A DNA stretch of 62,468 bases from Chloroflexota bacterium (GTDB lineage Bacteria > Chloroflexota > Dehalococcoidia > DSTF01 > RBG-16-68-14). Position numbers and translations under genes: made by a program. The notes under the pieces were generated by a model. It did no database searches. It was not told the origin of the DNA and was given only the letters and a program-made list of their open reading frames with translations. The stretch covers positions 1 to 62,468 of the forward strand of contig JADFPV010000005.1 in the NCBI GenBank assembly GCA_022562155.1, written 5' to 3'. Shown here in pieces: positions 56,952 to 62,468 of this stretch (its first letter is position 1; the number at the start of each line of letters is the position of its first letter).

Positions 56952-57106
56952 AGAGATTTTCCTTAGGAAGTATCGGTAGTCTAAACAGTCACTTGAACCT
57001 AGAATTAACGTTTTCGATAATTCCGCCAACTTCTACCGACTGTGGCATAGGCCGGTTCGTGGCTACAATTTAGACAGGCAGCCCTAGATTCCTCGGAGGT
57101 GAATGC

Positions 57107-58465
57107 ATGGTCCGCTGGCTACTACGATCGGTTCCCGTGATGCTTCTGGGCTTGCTGATTGCTTGCAACGGGGGCGATGACTCGCCACCACAGGGCGAGA
57201 CTCCAGCCGGACCTACCGCCGTTACCGTTTGGCATTCCATGCCAGACCCAGCGGGAGGGTCGCTCCAGCGTATCGTGGACGACTTCAACGCTTCCCAGAC
57301 TGATTACGAGGTCGAACTGATCTTTCAGGGCGGGTACACGGATTCACTGAACAAGCTGATCAGCTCCATCGGCTCCGATAATATCCCCGCCGCCATCCAG
57401 CTCAGCGACGCCTCGACGCAGATCATGATCGACAGCGGCGCGATTACGCCCATCCAGGACTTCATCGATCAAGAGGAGTACGACCTCTCTGACTTCGAAC
57501 CGAAGGCGCTTGTGTATTACACGATCGGCGATGTTCTCTATTCGATGCCGTTCAACATGTCCGGGCCCATCCTCTACTACGACCGGCTTGCGTTCGAAGA
57601 GGCCGGCCTCGATCCTGATGACCCTCCAACCACTCTGGAAGAGGTCCGGGAGTACTCGGAACAGCTACTACAGCGCAACGATGATGGCAGCGTCTCTCGC
57701 TATGGCATCTCTCTTCAGACGAGCGCCTGGTACTTCGAACAGATGCTCGCGATTGGAGGCGAGCTATATACGGATGGCGAGAACGGCCGCGAAGGCCGCG
57801 CGACGAGGGCGGTCTTCGATAACGCCACCGGCGTTGAGATCATCACCTGGTGGGATGAGATGGTCGACGAAGGTCTCGCTTACAACGCGGGCGGTGATGC
57901 GGTTGACGCGATGATAAAGCTGGCGTCCGGCCAGGCCGCAATGACGATCGGGTCGACAGCCGCTCTCAGGGCGGCCATCGCCGCGATCACGCTGATTGGC
58001 CGGGATCCGTTCCAGTATGACACGGCGCCGATGCCTGGCCCGGAGGGTACTGGTGGGATCGCGCTCGGCGGCGCGTCGCTCTGGATTCTCAATGGCCGGC
58101 CCGAGGAGGAACAGCGCGGCGCCTGGGAGTTCATCAAGTTCGCCGCGAGCCCGCAACAGCAGGCGCAGTGGCACTCCGATACCGGCTACTTCCCGAATCG
58201 AGTCTCCGCGTACGATGAGCCTCCAGCCGTGCGGGCGCGGGAAGAGTTCCCCCAGTTCATGACGGCCGTCGAACAGCTCCGGGCCTCGCCCGAAACGCCG
58301 GCGACCTCCGGTGTCTTGCTTGGTCCGCTGAATGCCGTGCGTGCGCGGCTGGTCGAAGCCTTCGATCAGGTACTGGCGGGCGGGGGCGATCCGGCCCAAG
58401 AGTTGGCGGCGGCCGCCGAAGACGCGACCGACATCATCGAGGAGTACAACCGCACGGCACCGTAG
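57107..58465 (+). CDS. ABC transporter substrate-binding lipoprotein (UgpB-like)
   Basis: Lipobox LIAC; VWHSM, SMPFN, GGASLWI, TGYFP. Confidence 0.9.
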   Translation: MVRWLLRSVPVMLLGLLIACNGGDDSPPQGETPAGPTAVTVWHSMPDPAGGSLQRIVDDFNASQTDYEVELIFQGGYTDSLNKLISSIGSDNIPAAIQLSDASTQIMIDSGAITPIQDFIDQEEYDLSDFEPKALVYYTIGDVLYSMPFNMSGPILYYDRLAFEEAGLDPDDPPTTLEEVREYSEQLLQRNDDGSVSRYGISLQTSAWYFEQMLAIGGELYTDGENGREGRATRAVFDNATGVEIITWWDEMVDEGLAYNAGGDAVDAMIKLASGQAAMTIGSTAALRAAIAAITLIGRDPFQYDTAPMPGPEGTGGIALGGASLWILNGRPEEEQRGAWEFIKFAASPQQQAQWHSDTGYFPNRVSAYDEPPAVRAREEFPQFMTAVEQLRASPETPATSGVLLGPLNAVRARLVEAFDQVLAGGGDPAQELAAAAEDATDIIEEYNRTAP

Positions 58466-58478
58466 GTATCCGATCGAA

Positions 58479-58508
58479 TTGACGGTCCGGCTTCGACGCC
58501 GATATACT
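58479..58508 (+). promoter_or_regulatory. Sigma70-type promoter of the thiolase gene
   Basis: TTGACG-N18-TATACT. Confidence 0.6.
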
Positions 58509-58557
58509 TCCATCCCCGCCCAATGGAGCCGATAGGCAGGTAGAAAGAGGGAGAGCC

Positions 58558-59733
58558 ATGGAAGATGTTGTAATCGTCAGCGGTTGTCGCACCGCCATCG
58601 GAAAGCTGAGTGGCGCGTTCGAGAACACGTCCGCCTCCGATCTGGCGGCGGCTGTTCTCAAGGAGGCCGTCTCCCGTGCCGGCATCGAACCCGATCAGGT
58701 CGACCAGGTTATCTTAGGCTGCGTCGGTCAGGTGATGGAGGACGGCTACATCGCCCGCCATGCTGCAGTGAAGGCAGGCATGCCGGTCGAAGTGCCAGCC
58801 TTCACGGTGAACCGCATCTGCGGAAGCGGGCTGGAGGCGATCAACACCGCGGCGCGCTGGATCCAATCCGGGGATGCGGACGTCGTTGTCGCTGGTGGCG
58901 CCGAGAACATGACGATGATGCCGTACTACATTCGCAAGGGCCGCTCCGGATATCGGCTGGGCCACGGCGAACTGGAGGATGGGATTCTCCACCTCCTCTC
59001 CGATCCGTTCAGTAGCGAGCATATGGGCATTACGGCGGAGAACCTGGCCGAGAAGTTCGACATCGGTCGTGATGAGCAGGACAAGGTTGCCGCGCGCAGT
59101 CAGGAGCGCGCGGTCGCTGCGATCGAAGCCGGTAGGTTCCGTGACGAGATCGTGCCGATCGAGGTGAAAGTGGGCCGCGAAACGAAGGTCTTCGATACGG
59201 ACGAGTTTCCGCGCGCTAGCACCAATATGGAAACGTTGGCGAAGCTGAAGCCTGCGTTCAAGAAGGACGGCAAGGTAACGGCGGGCAATGCAAGCGGCAT
59301 CAACGACGGGGCAGCCGCGGTCGTCGTCATGAGCAAATCGAAGGCCGACGAGCTGGGCGTGAAGGCGCGGCTGCGTCTAGTGGCGCGCGCTGAAGCGGGC
59401 GTCGAGCCCGCCGTGATGGGCATGGGCCCGATTCCGGCCGTCCGCAAAGTGATGGACAAGGCCGGCATGACCGTCGACCAGATGGACGTCATCGAGCTGA
59501 ACGAGGCGTTCGCGTCGGTCGCGGCGGCTTGCAGCAACGAACTTGGCCTGGATGAAGCGAAGACCAACCCCAACGGTGGCGCGATCGCGCTGGGTCATCC
59601 GGTCGGCGCTAGCGGCGCTATCCTCACCGTGAAGATCATGTACGAGCTAGAGCGAACGCAGGGTAAGTTCGGACTCGTCAGCCTCTGCATCGGCGGCGGC
59701 CAGGGCATCGCCACGATCTTCGAACGCGTCTAG
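58558..59733 (+). CDS. Acetyl-CoA C-acyltransferase (thiolase)
   Basis: NRICGSG, ELNEAFA, GHPVGASG, CIGGGQG. Confidence 0.96.
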   Translation: MEDVVIVSGCRTAIGKLSGAFENTSASDLAAAVLKEAVSRAGIEPDQVDQVILGCVGQVMEDGYIARHAAVKAGMPVEVPAFTVNRICGSGLEAINTAARWIQSGDADVVVAGGAENMTMMPYYIRKGRSGYRLGHGELEDGILHLLSDPFSSEHMGITAENLAEKFDIGRDEQDKVAARSQERAVAAIEAGRFRDEIVPIEVKVGRETKVFDTDEFPRASTNMETLAKLKPAFKKDGKVTAGNASGINDGAAAVVVMSKSKADELGVKARLRLVARAEAGVEPAVMGMGPIPAVRKVMDKAGMTVDQMDVIELNEAFASVAAACSNELGLDEAKTNPNGGAIALGHPVGASGAILTVKIMYELERTQGKFGLVSLCIGGGQGIATIFERV

Positions 59734-59807
59734 GTTATAACGTACGGTGTCTCGATCCTCGCGTGAGGCGCGTGTACAATGCGGTGCGTACTGAATAGGG
59801 AGCCTAG

Positions 59808-60803
59808 ATGCCTTCAGCACTCATCACGGGTATTACCGGTCAGGACGGCTCGTATCTAGCGGAGTACCTGCTCTCGCAAGGCTACGAGGTGCATGGCCTC
59901 GTCCGCGGCCAGGCAAATCCCAAGCGGCCGCTCGTGGAAGCCCTGCTGCCCGACGTTGACGTGGTCGAGGGCGACCTGCTCGACCAGGCGTCGCTCATCA
60001 GTGTGGTGCAGAGCTGCCAGCCGGATGAGGTGTACAATCTCGGCGCCATCAGCTTCATCCCGATTTCCTGGAAGCAGGCAGAGCTGACAGCCGAGACAAC
60101 GGGACTGGGCGTCCTGCGCATGCTCGAGGCGATCCGGCTCGTGACCGGCGCCAGCAAGTCGCGACCGGGCGGTGGTGCCGGTATCAAGTTCTATCAGGCG
60201 TCGAGCAGCGAGATGTTCGGTAAGGTTCGCGAGAGTCCGCAGAGCGAGTCGACGCCGTTCTATCCGCGCAGCCCGTACGGTGTGGCCAAGGTCTACGGCC
60301 ACTACATCACGATGAACTATCGCGAAAGCTACGATCTCTTTGCGTGCAGCGGTATTCTCTTCAACCATGAGTCGCCGCGTCGGGGGCTGGACTTCGTAAC
60401 ACGAAAGCTCAGCCTAGGAGCGGCGCGTATCAAGCTGGGAACACAGGCCGAACTGCTGATGGGAAACCTCGAATCGAAGCGCGATTGGGGCTACGCGCCC
60501 GACTACGTTCGCGCTATGCATCTAATGCTGCAGCAGGAAGAGCCAGATGACTTCGTGATCGGCACCGGCGAGAACCATACCGGTCGGGAGTTCGCCGAGT
60601 TGGCGTTCAAACACGTTGGACTGAATTGCGATGACTACATCAAAACGGACGAACGCTTTATGCGGCCGGCAGAGGTCGATCACCTGCTAGCGGATGCTTC
60701 CAAGGCCCGCGAGAAGCTGGGGTGGGAGCCTTCGGTAGACTTTCAGGAGCTCGTGAGCATCATGGTCGACGCCGATCTGCAGGCGGAGGCAAAGGCCGGC
60801 TAG
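59808..60803 (+). CDS. gmd: GDP-mannose 4,6-dehydratase
   Basis: ITGITGQDGSYLAE, YQASSSEMFG, PRSPYGVAK, GILFNHESPRR. Confidence 0.95.
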   Translation: MPSALITGITGQDGSYLAEYLLSQGYEVHGLVRGQANPKRPLVEALLPDVDVVEGDLLDQASLISVVQSCQPDEVYNLGAISFIPISWKQAELTAETTGLGVLRMLEAIRLVTGASKSRPGGGAGIKFYQASSSEMFGKVRESPQSESTPFYPRSPYGVAKVYGHYITMNYRESYDLFACSGILFNHESPRRGLDFVTRKLSLGAARIKLGTQAELLMGNLESKRDWGYAPDYVRAMHLMLQQEEPDDFVIGTGENHTGREFAELAFKHVGLNCDDYIKTDERFMRPAEVDHLLADASKAREKLGWEPSVDFQELVSIMVDADLQAEAKAG

Positions 60804-60924
60804 GGCCGGTCGGCCAGCTAGGGCTGGCCAGCCAGCTAGACGCCGGCCTATCACGTAGGGCCGGTATTATCGCTAAGATTAGGACGCCCCGGCCGGAGTC
60901 GGGGCGTTCGTGTGGAGGTGACGT

Positions 60925-61923
60925 GTGGCAAAGGAAGTACTCTCGGGTCTGTACCAGCTCAAGGTGCCGATCCCCAACAATCCCATCGGCTTCGTACTGC
61001 CGTATCTGATCCCAGGAGACGACGGCTACACGCTCGTCGATTCAGGATGGAACACGCCCGAGGCCTTCGCCGCGCTGGAGGCGGAGCTTGACGAAGTGTC
61101 GGTCTCGTTTGACGAAATCAAGCGCTTGCTCGTCACCCACGTCCATCCGGATCACTACGGGCTGGCAGGGCGGATCAAAGAGATCTGCGGCGCGGAAGTC
61201 ATCATCCACCAGCGGGAGCGGGATTTCATTCGTAGCCGTTACCGGCAGCCCGAACAGTTGCTGGAGCGCATGGCCACGTGGCTCACGGAGAATGGCGTCC
61301 CCGAAGATGAGATGTCAGAACTCCAGCAGTCTTCGATGCCGGCGCGAGCCTACGTCGTGGCTGTCGAACCCGATACTGTCCTCTGGGGCGGAGAGACGCT
61401 CGATTTCGGCGTGTACCGGTTCGAGGTGTACTGGACGCCGGGCCACTCGCCGGGCCACATGTGCTTTTACGATCGAGCGCAGCGGACCATCCTTACCGGC
61501 GATCATGTCCTGCCGACCATCACGCCCAACGTGAGCCTACACCCGCAGCAGATGGGTAACCCGCTCGGTGACTACCTCGCCTCGCTGAAGCGCCTTATGC
61601 CGCTGGAGGTCGAGCAGGTCCTGCCCGCACACGAATACTCGTTCACAGACCTGCAGGGGCGCCTGACTGAGATCGTCGAGCACCATGACCAGCGTCTGGA
61701 CGAGATGCTGGCCATCGTCGGAGAGGACGGCGCGACCGGCTACGACGTCGCGTCGGGCATCGTCTGGACGACAGGAACGTTCGACACTTTCTCGTTCTGG
61801 ATGCAGCGCGCCGCGATCAGCGAGACGCTGGCCCACCTTGAGTACCTGGTGTACGAAGGCAGGGTGTATGCGACGAGGCGAGACAACGTCGTCTACTACG
61901 AGAAGGTGACGCAAGAAGAATAA
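60925..61923 (+). CDS. MBL-fold metallo-hydrolase
   Basis: THVHPDHYG, TPGHSPGH, TGDH, LPAH. Confidence 0.92.
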   Translation: MAKEVLSGLYQLKVPIPNNPIGFVLPYLIPGDDGYTLVDSGWNTPEAFAALEAELDEVSVSFDEIKRLLVTHVHPDHYGLAGRIKEICGAEVIIHQRERDFIRSRYRQPEQLLERMATWLTENGVPEDEMSELQQSSMPARAYVVAVEPDTVLWGGETLDFGVYRFEVYWTPGHSPGHMCFYDRAQRTILTGDHVLPTITPNVSLHPQQMGNPLGDYLASLKRLMPLEVEQVLPAHEYSFTDLQGRLTEIVEHHDQRLDEMLAIVGEDGATGYDVASGIVWTTGTFDTFSFWMQRAAISETLAHLEYLVYEGRVYATRRDNVVYYEKVTQEE

Positions 61924-61932
61924 GGGGCGGTG

Positions 61933-62468
61933 TCAGCTGGTGATGCCGGTGATGGCGGTGGGCTGCTTACTCGGCAGGCCTTCCAGGTATTCGTGGATCG
62001 TAGTCGCCGCCCGACGGCCGTCGGCCAGCGCGGTCACGACGAGGTCCGCGCCGTTCACACAGTCGCCGCCCGCGAAGACTCCAGGACGGCTCGTCTCGAA
62101 CGTATCCTGGTTCACAGAGACCAATGACCACTGATCGGTCTCGATACCTTTCGCGTTGCGGACGACCTCGTCGTCCGTGCCGTACCCGATGGCGAGCACG
62201 ACAGTGTCGGCATCGACCGTGAACTCCTCACCCGTCGGCAGGGGGCGCCTGCGACCAGACTCGTCTGGCTCGCCCAGCTCCATCCGCGAGAACTGCACCC
62301 GCGCGATGCTCCCGTCCTCGCCGGCCTCGAAGTGCAATGGGGCCGCCAGGTACTCGAACCGCACGCCCTCCTCGACCGCGTGCACGCGCTCCTCAATGCG
62401 GCCCTTCTGCTCCGCCTCAGTCCGCCGGTAGACGCACGTCACCTCCTCCGCACCGAGGCGGACGGCCG
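61933..62468 (-). CDS. GltD/SudA/NfnB-type FAD oxidoreductase, C-terminal part
   Basis: RLGAEEVTCVYRR, MELGEPDESGRRRP, GVFAGGD; runs off the window. Confidence 0.88.
   Translation of the reverse strand, partial: AVRLGAEEVTCVYRRTEAEQKGRIEERVHAVEEGVRFEYLAAPLHFEAGEDGSIARVQFSRMELGEPDESGRRRPLPTGEEFTVDADTVVLAIGYGTDDEVVRNAKGIETDQWSLVSVNQDTFETSRPGVFAGGDCVNGADLVVTALADGRRAATTIHEYLEGLPSKQPTAITGITS

Noticed and set aside
56952-57106. c-di-GMP riboswitch upstream of the HD-GYP gene
   Set aside because: No recognisable GEMM consensus by eye.

Overview
High-GC bacterial chromosome segment, most likely Chloroflexota/Dehalococcoidia, judged from the L28 sequence with an NIRHK..GRWERKA insert and a hydrolase-cyclase gene fragment typical of that group (inference). 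Most of it is housekeeping: ABC operon, class A PBP, gatCA, argS, recG-DegV-DAK2-rpmB-rpe, argH, thiolase, gmd. Two accessory regions stand out. (1) About 1-4.1 kb: a Zot/pI-like (inovirus-type) ATPase operon, next to a tRNA-Gly(CCC) gene present as two halves on OPPOSITE strands (5' half 4036-4075 minus, 3' half 2034-2081 plus). The halves share a 13-bp anticodon-arm core. Inverting the ~2 kb between them rebuilds a canonical 75-nt tRNA and a near-palindromic attP-like site. (2) About 25.6-35.9 kb: an island with no visible integrase, bracketed by related palindromic REP-like mosaics that include an identical 38-bp direct repeat. It carries a GPKTxxGK-family protein, a third tRNA-Gly remnant with a 24-nt REP insertion, a PHP-ABC-ATPase (Ppl/TrlF-like, degenerate PHP site) coupled to a Schlafen/AlbA_2 protein, an HTH replication initiator with internal iteron-like repeats, and a two-ORF Type IIG-like restriction-modification system. 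All assignments are by motif reading only; no database searches were run.
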